A DNA stretch of 24,427 bases from a virus (Duplodnaviria; Caudoviricetes): IMG/VR virus record IMGVR_UViG_3300031627_001042, positions 1 through 24,427 of that record; one strand, written 5' to 3'. Position 1 is the first letter of the stretch, and every line of letters begins with the position of its first letter. Below the pieces are notes generated by a model, which was given only the letters and a program-made list of their open reading frames with translations, did no database searches and was not told where the DNA came from. This document shows, piece after piece, positions 1 to 8,536 of the stretch. Position numbers and translations under genes: made by a program.

Positions 1-1
1 T

Positions 2-211
2 AAATGCTTTATCTTAGCTGATCCTGCTCAAACAGATTTAAAAAATGGAGCTAGAGGAGGGTTCGAAAGAGTAGAAAGATTATTTTTAGATAAAGAAAGC
101 TCAGACTTCGGAATAAACACCTTTGAGTTTGATGAGACTGATGTAGTAAGATCAGAGCTTGTTAGATTTTTAGTAACTAAGTTTAAAGGCTTAACTACTA
201 TTTCTCTTTAA
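2..211 (+). CDS. phoH: PhoH-family ATPase, C-terminal fragment (5' truncated by window edge)
   Basis: Not in ORF track. Frame 2 reads KCFILADPAQTDLKNGARGG...FEFDETDVVRSELVRFLV...SL* (TAA 209-211), matching the PhoH C-terminal pattern (G/A)DxxQxDL...F...DVVRSxLV. Confidence 0.85.
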   Translation, partial: KCFILADPAQTDLKNGARGGFERVERLFLDKESSDFGINTFEFDETDVVRSELVRFLVTKFKGLTTISL

Positions 212-527
212 TATGACCGCTCCATTTTGACGATGGTTCTGTCGTTACTGTTTGTCTCCAGCCGTCTTTATGTAAGATGTTTGTGACTGTGCCGCAGAAT
301 CTCCTTACTTCTTTTTCGGATATGTCCCAAAAGAAAGCATGGAATATCTCCTCTAACATTACAGCCATCTCTCTCTTGGGTGTCAGATCTGGAGAAACAT
401 GTATCTTAGGGCTTTTGTAGTCTGGCGGGTCGCATAGTCCGTCAGCGTTATAGCTGTAATGGGGCTTCTTTCTTAAGATCTTGTACTTTACTCCGTTATT
501 ATTTGTAAAAGTTTTATAGTCGGACAT
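198..527 (-). CDS. Small ImmA/IrrE-like zincin-fold protein with variant EExxH motif
   Basis: 109 aa; GLC...IHVSPDL...AVMLEEIFHAFF resembles phage zincins (GxC...IxI...LHExxHA). Fills the gap between phoH and ORF 590; overlaps the phoH 3' end by 14 nt. Confidence 0.55.
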   Translation of the reverse strand: MSDYKTFTNNNGVKYKILRKKPHYSYNADGLCDPPDYKSPKIHVSPDLTPKREMAVMLEEIFHAFFWDISEKEVRRFCGTVTNILHKDGWRQTVTTEPSSKWSGHIKEK

Positions 528-589
528 AATATTTATTATCTAAACTCGCTGATTAGTTGTAATAACTATTTGCCTAGTTTTAAAAAGTT

Positions 590-913
590 ATGTCGAAATA
601 TAATAAAGTTACTTATTGCAGAAGCTGTGGAGCCTCAAACAATTGGAATCTTGAAAAAAAGACGTCCCTTCTTAAGAAACCGAAATTTTGTAGTTCTTGC
701 AGATCTGACTTAATTACAGGTAAAGTAATAGAGAAGAGAAGAGGAAAGTCAGAAAAGGTAGAGGAAAAAGATTTCGTAATGCCTACTAATATACCTCCCT
801 TGGAAATAGATATAGGGGCTTCGTATTTTCCAAAATTAGACTCTCAGTCTTTAGGTAACTTAGTTTCGCCCAGCTTTAAAGAAGACGAAGAGCAATCAAC
901 GGATGTCAACTAA
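590..913 (+). CDS. Zn-ribbon protein
   Basis: YCRSCG...KPKFCSSC (two CxxC pairs), acidic low-complexity tail; overlaps next gene by 11 nt. Confidence 0.7.
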   Translation: MSKYNKVTYCRSCGASNNWNLEKKTSLLKKPKFCSSCRSDLITGKVIEKRRGKSEKVEEKDFVMPTNIPPLEIDIGASYFPKLDSQSLGNLVSPSFKEDEEQSTDVN

Positions 914-1607
914 GAAAAAACTCACAAAAAAAACTAAATTAAAATTTGAAGACTGTATCGACGTAATAAGCGAAGAGATATCTAAAAGAAAGAATAAGTG
1001 GACCCTCACTTCAATTTCTTGGATGGATTTTGAAGATATATCTCAAATAGTTACGATACATATATTTAAAAAGTGGAGCTTGTATGACCAGAGCAAGCCT
1101 TTGCTACCTTGGCTAAATAGGATTATATCTAATCAACTTAAAAATTTAATAAGAAACAATTATAGTAATTATTGCAAGCCTTGTCTTAGGTGTGCCGCAG
1201 CAGAACCGGACTCATCTTGTTCTATATATGGGTCTCAAGATGGAAGGTGCCCTCTTTATAAGAGATGGCTATCTAAGAAGAAGTCTGCTTATGACGTAAA
1301 GATGGCCCTACCATTAGAAAGTCACAAAAGCGAGATACAAGAAGACTTAACTTATTGTTCTAGCATAGAAGTTGGGATAACCAAACTTCATCAAAAATTA
1401 AAAGAGACACTAAAGCCAAGCGAATGGATAGTGTATGAAAGCTTTTACATACAAAATAAGACTGAAGTAGAAATAGCTAAGAAACTTAATTTTAAGACAA
1501 CAGAGAAGAATAGATCCCCGGGATACAAGCAAATTAAAAATATACAAAAATCTATTTTAAACAAAGCTAAAAGAATATTAAAGAGAGATGAATTAGACTG
1601 GTTATGA
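903..1607 (+). CDS. Phage RNA polymerase sigma70/ECF-like sigma factor, candidate late sigma
   Basis: Region 2-like DFEDISQIVTIHIFKKWSLYDQSKPLLPWLNRIISNQLKNLIR; region 4-like HTH LKPSEWIVYESFYIQNKTEVEIAKKLNF; ATGA overlap with next gene. Confidence 0.8.
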   Translation: MSTKKKLTKKTKLKFEDCIDVISEEISKRKNKWTLTSISWMDFEDISQIVTIHIFKKWSLYDQSKPLLPWLNRIISNQLKNLIRNNYSNYCKPCLRCAAAEPDSSCSIYGSQDGRCPLYKRWLSKKKSAYDVKMALPLESHKSEIQEDLTYCSSIEVGITKLHQKLKETLKPSEWIVYESFYIQNKTEVEIAKKLNFKTTEKNRSPGYKQIKNIQKSILNKAKRILKRDELDWL

Positions 1608-2707
1608 GTAAAGATGATTTAGTTTTAAGCCCAGAGCAGAAATTTGCCTTAGTTTCAATTAAGGACAGGTTTTTAGCTGGAGAAAAAGTAGATGTATCCT
1701 TAATGCATTTGATACAAAATGTAGCAGGCTTTGAGGGCAGGGATGGTAGAAGTAAAGAAGGTAGAGCTGTTAAAGCCTTCTTAAGCGAGATAGATTTAAG
1801 CGGTGTCCCTTCTAATAAATATCAAAAAGTCTACAAGCCAGAACTATTAGGAGAGCACAAAGAATTCATTCGTAATAACAGAGGCACAATGAAATATGTA
1901 GAGATGTCTCGTATATTATTTAGTAATGAAAAACTAGCTAGCTTAAGCGCCGAGACTAGGATGATCACAGAATATTGTAAAAGTTTAGAAGGGGAGAGCT
2001 TCGAAACTTCCGAAGAAGAGGGTAGCTACGAATATAAATCTCCAAAACATCGAGATAGAGTTTTAAGCAGAATTAATAGATTCATCCTTGATAGCGGTAT
2101 AGATAAGGATAAGGTCACTCCTAGGCAAAAAAAAGATATAGATATGTTGATGGGCTATCTCCATACTTTTCGATTTGGTCATCAGATGACTAATTACAAT
2201 AACGGAACAGAAAGAGAGCTTTTTGAGTCTTCTTTTGTTAGGTATACCTATAATAAACCTGATTTAACCCAAGAAGAGGTTGACCAATATATTGTTCTTT
2301 CCGGAGAAGTGGTGATAGCATCTAATATACAAAGAAGAGTTGGGAGGCTACAGAATCTTTTAGACGAAACCGCTTTAGACAATGAGGGTAGGAGAATTTC
2401 TATGAGTTTAGTCGAAGCTATCAGCACCGCTCAGAACGAATATAATTCGTGTGTTAATAGGCAGCATAAATTACTGAGCGACCTTAAGCAGAAGAGGAGC
2501 GATAGGTTAAGTAAACAGGTCAATGACAACGCAAGTATTCTAAACTTAGTCGAAACTTGGAAGGATGATGAGAGCCGAAAAGAGTTAATAAAAATGGCAG
2601 AATTAAGGAAGAAGACGATCAAGGACGAGATAATTAAGCTGTCTACTATGGACGACGTCAAAGCAAGGATATTTGGCATTTCAACAGAGGAGGCTTTGAA
2701 TGGTTAA
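1604..2707 (+). CDS. Hypothetical protein with HTH-like segment and C-terminal coiled coil; possible small terminase
   Basis: 367-aa ORF overlapping both neighbours; EHKEFIRNNRGTMKYVEMSRILF is HTH-like. Function inferred from position only. Confidence 0.5.
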   Translation: MSKDDLVLSPEQKFALVSIKDRFLAGEKVDVSLMHLIQNVAGFEGRDGRSKEGRAVKAFLSEIDLSGVPSNKYQKVYKPELLGEHKEFIRNNRGTMKYVEMSRILFSNEKLASLSAETRMITEYCKSLEGESFETSEEEGSYEYKSPKHRDRVLSRINRFILDSGIDKDKVTPRQKKDIDMLMGYLHTFRFGHQMTNYNNGTERELFESSFVRYTYNKPDLTQEEVDQYIVLSGEVVIASNIQRRVGRLQNLLDETALDNEGRRISMSLVEAISTAQNEYNSCVNRQHKLLSDLKQKRSDRLSKQVNDNASILNLVETWKDDESRKELIKMAELRKKTIKDEIIKLSTMDDVKARIFGISTEEALNG

Positions 2708-3623
2708 ATGCAAAGTTGACGGAGAGGAGTTTGCGACAGAAAAAGAGTTGCATATGCACCTGCGCAAACATAAACTCAGAATGGCTGAATATTATCAAAA
2801 GTATTACCCGCGTAGAGATTTGCTAACCGAGGATTTAATTAAATTCAAAAACAAAAATCATTATTTTTCTAATCACTTCAATTCTAGAGTCAATATGCGC
2901 AAGTGGTTAGAGCAAGCGCCGAAAGAGGAGGCGAAAGAGTTTTGCGTAAAGATATTAAGAGAGAGAATAGAAAGAAGGGGAATAAAGTATTCCCCAACTC
3001 AGGTAGAGATGAGGACTTCGATGATGCCTCCTATATTTTACTATCAACAGCTTTTTGGCGATTTTTATGACGCTTGTAAAAGCGTTGGCTTGATTCCTAG
3101 ATTCACTAAATTCGCAACTGAGCATATAGAAGAAAACATAGAAGAAGGTTACGAAATAGTTGTAGATACTAGAGAGCAGAAACCTCTTAACATAAACTAT
3201 GGTACAAGAAGAGAGGGGCTTAAGTTCGCCGACTATTGGTTAGATAAAGAAGATAATAAATGTTATGTAGAAAGAAAAGAGACTAAAGACTTCATAGGAA
3301 CTTTTACAGGGGGCTGCGAAAGATTTTCTAGAGAGTTAGAAAGAGCTAAAGAGAAGGATGCATATGTTGTAGTAGTTGTGGAAAACTCTTTAGATAATAT
3401 GATCAAGTTTAACTACTTAAAATACGTAACAAAAAAGGTGCAAGTAACGCCTGAGTTTGTAATGAGGAATGTTAGAGACATAATTCAGAAGCACGACAAT
3501 GTACAGTTCCTTTTTGCCAAAGGTAGGACCGAAGCTACTAGACTAACAAGGAAACTATTCTTCTGTGGAAAAAACTACAAAGACGTAGATCTACAGTTAG
3601 CTTATGATTTAAAATTTTTATAA
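2700..3623 (+). CDS. ERCC4/XPF-family nuclease with N-terminal degenerate C2H2-type zinc finger
   Basis: IVVDTREQKP...ADY...VERKETKDF...RFSRELER...VVVE is the ERCC4 motif series (DxRE, GDY-like, ERKxxxD); N-terminus C4-x2-D7-x3-F-x5-L-x2-H20-x3-H24. Confidence 0.85.
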   Translation: MVKCKVDGEEFATEKELHMHLRKHKLRMAEYYQKYYPRRDLLTEDLIKFKNKNHYFSNHFNSRVNMRKWLEQAPKEEAKEFCVKILRERIERRGIKYSPTQVEMRTSMMPPIFYYQQLFGDFYDACKSVGLIPRFTKFATEHIEENIEEGYEIVVDTREQKPLNINYGTRREGLKFADYWLDKEDNKCYVERKETKDFIGTFTGGCERFSRELERAKEKDAYVVVVVENSLDNMIKFNYLKYVTKKVQVTPEFVMRNVRDIIQKHDNVQFLFAKGRTEATRLTRKLFFCGKNYKDVDLQLAYDLKFL

Positions 3624-3637
3624 AGGTTTAGGTTAAT

Positions 3638-5491
3638 ATGTGGTCAAGTCCAGAGAAATACGAGAGAGAAGTCGATAACGTAAACGATAGGTTATCTAGG
3701 CTAGAAGGCTTCCTTGATGATAAAAAAGCAAAAATTACCTTAGCAGAGTTTCTAAGAAGTAACCTATACTTTACGACGTATCTTTTAACCGGCATCAAGC
3801 TGGCTCCGTATCAAGAGATAACGCTGAGAGCATTGTTTAATAGGAACTTCAGTATGTGCGTGTGGGGTCGTGGCTGCGGCAAGTCTTTTATAGCTTCTAT
3901 ATATTGTTTTCTGCAATGTATTTTTGAGCCTAATACTAAAATACTTATAGCTGGTCCAACTTTTCGTACGGCAAGATTCATTTTCAACAACATAGAGAAA
4001 ATAGTAGAGACTAAGGAAGCCGCCCTACTAGCCCAAGCCTTCGGAGCTAAAACAAAAAGAAATGACCAGTACGAATGGAAAATAAATGGAGGCACCATAA
4101 CAGCCATTCCTTTGAGTGGAGAAAAGATTCGTGGTTTTCGAGCTAACGTACTTGTACTTGACGAGTTCCTTCTTCTACCAGAAGACATAATTAAAAATGT
4201 TTTAATGCCCTTCTTAGTCGCCCCTCAAGACATGACAAGAAGAATGCAGGTTAAAGAAATAGAGGATGAATTAATACAGCAGGGGGCAATGGAAGAAAAG
4301 GACAGGACTAAGTTTGCTAACACCTCTAAGATGATAGCCCTGTCTTCTGCGAGTTACACTTTCGAAAATTTATATAAGACGTACCAAGAGTGGGTAGGCA
4401 AAATAGAGACTAAAGAAAACAAGCAAGAGGCTAAATACTTTGTCTCCCAATTGGGATACGAGGCACTACCTGAGGAAATGATAGATAGAACCATCATTGA
4501 TGAGGCTTCAGAGGGGGGTTCTTCTCATTACTCTTTTCAACGAGAATATTGTGCTCAGTTTACGGATGGTAGTGATAGCTACTTTAGCGCTAAGAAGATG
4601 GATCTATGCACCTTAAAAGGTGATGAAGAGCCTTGTACTTTAATGGTCGGCAGATCTAGTAAACGTTACGTTCTAGGCATTGACCCTAATATGAGCGACA
4701 GCCCTTCTGCGGATTATTTTGCTATGGCCGTAATGGAAATAGATGACAGCTCAGGTCGGGGAACTTTGGTTCATAGCTACGCAGGTTTGGGTAGTCTAAA
4801 TAATCATGTCAAATACTTAGCTTATTTAGTCCAAGCTTTTAATATTGTTTTTATATGTCTTGATAATGCTGGTTCTGATACTTTTTTAGATAGTTGTAAT
4901 GAGTCTCAATTTTTTAAAGACGTTAGGGTGAATTTAAAAACAATTCCCTTGAATGCAGATGCAGAGGGTCTTGAATATCAGAAATCCTTAAAGCAAGCAA
5001 AAATAAAATATAATTTAGAGAATAATCAAATTTGTTTTAATCAAGTTTTTACAACTACTTTTATTCGTAGAGCTAATGAGCATCTTCAAGCCTGCATCGA
5101 TTATAAGAAAATTTGGTTTGCTTCAAGAACAGCTTCTAACGAAACCTTTTTCAATAGAACTAGCTCCCTTAGACTCCCTAACCCTAAGAAGATAATTTTT
5201 ACTGGAGATAGGAAAGACTGGAGTATGTTGGACTTTATAGAGCACCAAGACGACATGATCCACCAGACAAAAAAACAATGCAGCCTAGTGGAGCATAAGG
5301 CGACTTCTAGGGGGTCTCAAAATTTTGACCTTCCTCAACACCTCAAAAGATCCACTTCTCCTAACAAAGCTAGAAAAGATAATTATTCAGCATTAATGTT
5401 GGCAAATTGGGGTCTTAAGCTTTATAACGAGATAACTAAGCTGGAAGTCAATAATAATAAAGAGACTTTCGAGCCTGTTATGCTTTTTTGA
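3638..5491 (+). CDS. terL: Terminase large subunit
   Basis: Q motif LAPYQ, Walker A GRGCGKS, IRGFRAN followed by Walker B VLVLDE, coupling motif LSSA, FQREYCAQF, RNase H-like nuclease LGIDP and C-terminal KDNYSA. Confidence 0.93.
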   Translation: MWSSPEKYEREVDNVNDRLSRLEGFLDDKKAKITLAEFLRSNLYFTTYLLTGIKLAPYQEITLRALFNRNFSMCVWGRGCGKSFIASIYCFLQCIFEPNTKILIAGPTFRTARFIFNNIEKIVETKEAALLAQAFGAKTKRNDQYEWKINGGTITAIPLSGEKIRGFRANVLVLDEFLLLPEDIIKNVLMPFLVAPQDMTRRMQVKEIEDELIQQGAMEEKDRTKFANTSKMIALSSASYTFENLYKTYQEWVGKIETKENKQEAKYFVSQLGYEALPEEMIDRTIIDEASEGGSSHYSFQREYCAQFTDGSDSYFSAKKMDLCTLKGDEEPCTLMVGRSSKRYVLGIDPNMSDSPSADYFAMAVMEIDDSSGRGTLVHSYAGLGSLNNHVKYLAYLVQAFNIVFICLDNAGSDTFLDSCNESQFFKDVRVNLKTIPLNADAEGLEYQKSLKQAKIKYNLENNQICFNQVFTTTFIRRANEHLQACIDYKKIWFASRTASNETFFNRTSSLRLPNPKKIIFTGDRKDWSMLDFIEHQDDMIHQTKKQCSLVEHKATSRGSQNFDLPQHLKRSTSPNKARKDNYSALMLANWGLKLYNEITKLEVNNNKETFEPVMLF

Positions 5492-5497
5492 GTGTAA
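5492..5497 (+). promoter_or_regulatory. GTGTAA candidate late-promoter element
   Basis: Immediately after the terL stop, 20 nt before ATG 5518; the same motif recurs before other structural genes. Confidence 0.55.
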
Positions 5498-5517
5498 CTA
5501 ATGTTAAATAAGCTGCT

Positions 5518-6642
5518 ATGCCGTCAAAATTAACAACCGGGCAAATAGATAAAGATACTTTTACTCAGTTTTTTCATAAGAGAACTTCTGGGTCAGCTAC
5601 AAATACTAGTGGTTTTTACTCTTATAGTAACCCTTTAGGTTTCGTACAAACGAGTGATTTTACTGGGTATAGTGGGGTATTGTCTGGGCAAACGACTACC
5701 AAAATAAACGCAGTAAGCGGAGCTTTAGATAGTAGTGGTTCTCTATTATTTTCTAAATCAGAAAGTGTCTCGGGGCATGCTGAGACTTTTGCTATCAACG
5801 TAAGTGGAAGTCTACAAAGTAATATAGAATTAACCTCGGGGCAATTTTCTTCAACTAGTGGGGAGTTTTTAAAATCTGGCAGCTTTTTCCATACAGGGTC
5901 AGGGGACTTTTCAATTTCTGCGGAGTCAGGAGCTTTAGCTTTTTCTTCCGGACATAATGATACGCAAGGTCTTTTTCTCGCAACGGGAGACACATCAAAT
6001 AAGGATGGTTGGGTTAAAATAGTAGATAAGCCGGAAATGACTGGGTTTGTTTCTATTTCCAGCGGAGCCCTAAAGACTAGCTTAAACACTACGGGATCGA
6101 ATTTAAGCTCGTCTATATCTAACATATTAAGCGATACTTCTACAAGCTTTTCAGCAACTAAGACTTTCAGCGCCGGGATAAAGACTAATAAGATAGAATT
6201 AAGCGGAGACGGAGTAACGCTCAGGGTCAACGCAAACAACTCTGTAACATTTGATGACGTAAGCGGCTCATTACTTTCTATGTCTCCCGGTTATGGCAAC
6301 GACTCCCCTGTCTTCTCCGTTACTGACAAAGCTGGTTTGCCTCTCATGGATATCTACGATGACGATAGGCTAAATTTTGGTCCTTACGGCACGAACCCTT
6401 TAAATATTAGTGGGGAACGCGTATACTTTGGGAACTACAAATCTTATATAAGCGGAAGCACTATATCCCTTAGTGGCGACCCTTTGACAATAAATGACGT
6501 AGTTACAATTAGTGGTTTGTCTGGTGGGTATATTCTTTTAAACAATTTACCAGAGTGGCCTAATATAGGCGGATTAAATAGTGGTACGCTTTTCAGAAGC
6601 GGCAATCCGGGAGTAGGTCCCGGCGTATTATGCGTTATCTAA
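5518..6642 (+). CDS. Ser-Gly-rich virion (fibre-like) protein
   Basis: 374 aa with about 24 SG dipeptides, several spaced 7 or 11 residues; N-terminal ~42 aa similar to ORF 15146; lies between terL and portal. Confidence 0.6.
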   Translation: MPSKLTTGQIDKDTFTQFFHKRTSGSATNTSGFYSYSNPLGFVQTSDFTGYSGVLSGQTTTKINAVSGALDSSGSLLFSKSESVSGHAETFAINVSGSLQSNIELTSGQFSSTSGEFLKSGSFFHTGSGDFSISAESGALAFSSGHNDTQGLFLATGDTSNKDGWVKIVDKPEMTGFVSISSGALKTSLNTTGSNLSSSISNILSDTSTSFSATKTFSAGIKTNKIELSGDGVTLRVNANNSVTFDDVSGSLLSMSPGYGNDSPVFSVTDKAGLPLMDIYDDDRLNFGPYGTNPLNISGERVYFGNYKSYISGSTISLSGDPLTINDVVTISGLSGGYILLNNLPEWPNIGGLNSGTLFRSGNPGVGPGVLCVI

Positions 6643-6645
6643 AAA

Positions 6646-8532
6646 ATGACAAAGAAAACAAATAACAAGAAAGAAGATGTCCGGCCGATGATGACTAGCT
6701 TCGCTGCTTCGCCATACACAACTGTTGATCAATCAACTAGGTCGCGTAGGAACGTTGGGGGCCAAATAAATAGGACCAACAAGTATGAAAACATTGAAAA
6801 TGGCTTAGTTCCATACAAATATTCTAAAGGAGTAAATAACCAAAGCTCTTTAGACGTACGTGATATTGTTATTCTTTGTCAAAAAGCTTATTATAATTTT
6901 TCAGTCTTTAGGAATGTCATAGACTTAATGACAGAGTTCTCTGCTACAAAAATTTACTTTACTGGTGGTAGCAAAAAGTCACGAAGCTTTCTTGACGCGC
7001 TGTTTAGAAAAATAGATTTGCAAAGTTTTCTGGACAAGTTTTTTAGAGAGTATTATCGTTCTGGAAATGTTTTTGTTCATAGGTTTGATACGAAGATACA
7101 GCCAGATGACTTGAGGAAAATTACTCAGACTTACGGAACTAACTACTTGAAGGCCGATTTGGAGGAAAGCACCTTACCGGCTAGATACATAATTTTGAAC
7201 CCTGCTGATATACAAATGGGGGGAAATATATCTTTTAATTCTGGATCATACTATAAAGTTTTAAGTGACTATGAGCTAGAGAGGTTAAAAAATCCCAAGA
7301 CTGAGGAGGATAGACAGGTCTACGAATCCTTAGATGAAGAGACTAAGAAAGCTTTGAAAGGAAGAAACGTTGGAGTACTAACTATACCGTTAGATCCTGA
7401 AAAATGCAGTCCCGTATTTTACAAAAAGCAAGACTATGAGCCGTTTGCCGTGCCTATGGGCTTTCCAGTTTTAGAAGACATAAACTGGAAGTCTGAGATG
7501 AAAAAAATGGATATGGCTATAACCCGAACCACCAATCAAGCTATATTGCTTATCACGATGGGTTCGGAATTGAAAGACGGAAGTCTGAATATTAACCAAA
7601 GAAGTATCGAGACAATGCAGAAGCTTTTTGAGAACCAATCTGTTGGAAAAGTTCTAGTGTCAGATTACACAACCGAAGCTAAGTTTGTGATTCCTGATAT
7701 TGCTGGCATTCTTGACCCTAAAAAATACAATGTTGTTAACACTGATATACAAATGGGCCTAAACAATATTTTAGTTGGAGAAGACAAGTTTGCTAATACA
7801 AGTATTAAGATTCAGGTATTTATAGAAAGGCTTAAGCAGGGTAGAGATGCATTCATCAATCAATTCTTATCTCCAGAAATTAAAAGAATTTGTAAGTCGT
7901 TGGGTTTTAAAAATTACCCCCAAGCTCATTTTCAAGAGATCGAACTGAAAGACAAGAGTACTTGGAACAGAGTTGTTGCTCAGCTCTTGCAGTATGGAGT
8001 CTTAACTGCAGAAGAAGGGCTTGAGGCTATCGATACAGGACGACTTCCAGAACCAACTGAGTCTATAGAGTCTCAAAAGAAATTCAAAGGACTAAAGGAG
8101 GAAGGCTATTACGCTCCGCTCATAGGTGGTGGGCAACAACCAGAAGGTAGGCCTGAAGGAAGTAAGTCTCCGCAGACAACGAAAAAGGTCACCCCGGTTG
8201 GGGAGAGTACTAGTGGCTCTCAAAAGTTCAGTGTAGAAAAGATCAAACAAATTTTATCTTTAGCTGAGAAACTTGAGTCAGAGGTGCAAGAGCATTTAAA
8301 GTTAAAATACGATAATAAAAGGGTTACTAATAAAATTAGAAACCTTACCAATGAGGTATGCAAGGTTGTCATGGCTAATGAGCCAGCAGAAAAATGGTTG
8401 GAGAAAAGTAAGAAGTATGTGGATAACCCAACAGATACTAATTCTAAAAAAGTTGAGGAAGTACAGAGTATAGCTTATGAGCATCAAGTAGATGATTATT
8501 TAGCTAGCTTACTCTACGAAAGTAAAATTTAA
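6646..8532 (+). CDS. Portal protein
   Basis: 628 aa between terL and protease/MCP; portal-like segments (AYYNFSVFRNVIDLMTEF, FFREYYRSGNVF, ILNPADI) and a late GRP motif (EGRPEG) typical of portal tails. Confidence 0.8.
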   Translation: MTKKTNNKKEDVRPMMTSFAASPYTTVDQSTRSRRNVGGQINRTNKYENIENGLVPYKYSKGVNNQSSLDVRDIVILCQKAYYNFSVFRNVIDLMTEFSATKIYFTGGSKKSRSFLDALFRKIDLQSFLDKFFREYYRSGNVFVHRFDTKIQPDDLRKITQTYGTNYLKADLEESTLPARYIILNPADIQMGGNISFNSGSYYKVLSDYELERLKNPKTEEDRQVYESLDEETKKALKGRNVGVLTIPLDPEKCSPVFYKKQDYEPFAVPMGFPVLEDINWKSEMKKMDMAITRTTNQAILLITMGSELKDGSLNINQRSIETMQKLFENQSVGKVLVSDYTTEAKFVIPDIAGILDPKKYNVVNTDIQMGLNNILVGEDKFANTSIKIQVFIERLKQGRDAFINQFLSPEIKRICKSLGFKNYPQAHFQEIELKDKSTWNRVVAQLLQYGVLTAEEGLEAIDTGRLPEPTESIESQKKFKGLKEEGYYAPLIGGGQQPEGRPEGSKSPQTTKKVTPVGESTSGSQKFSVEKIKQILSLAEKLESEVQEHLKLKYDNKRVTNKIRNLTNEVCKVVMANEPAEKWLEKSKKYVDNPTDTNSKKVEEVQSIAYEHQVDDYLASLLYESKI

Positions 8533-8536
8533 TAAA

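Noticed and set aside
3638-5491. Intein or intron in terL
   Set aside because: Continuous 617-aa frame with motifs at ordinary spacing and no intein splice motifs or homing endonuclease insert.
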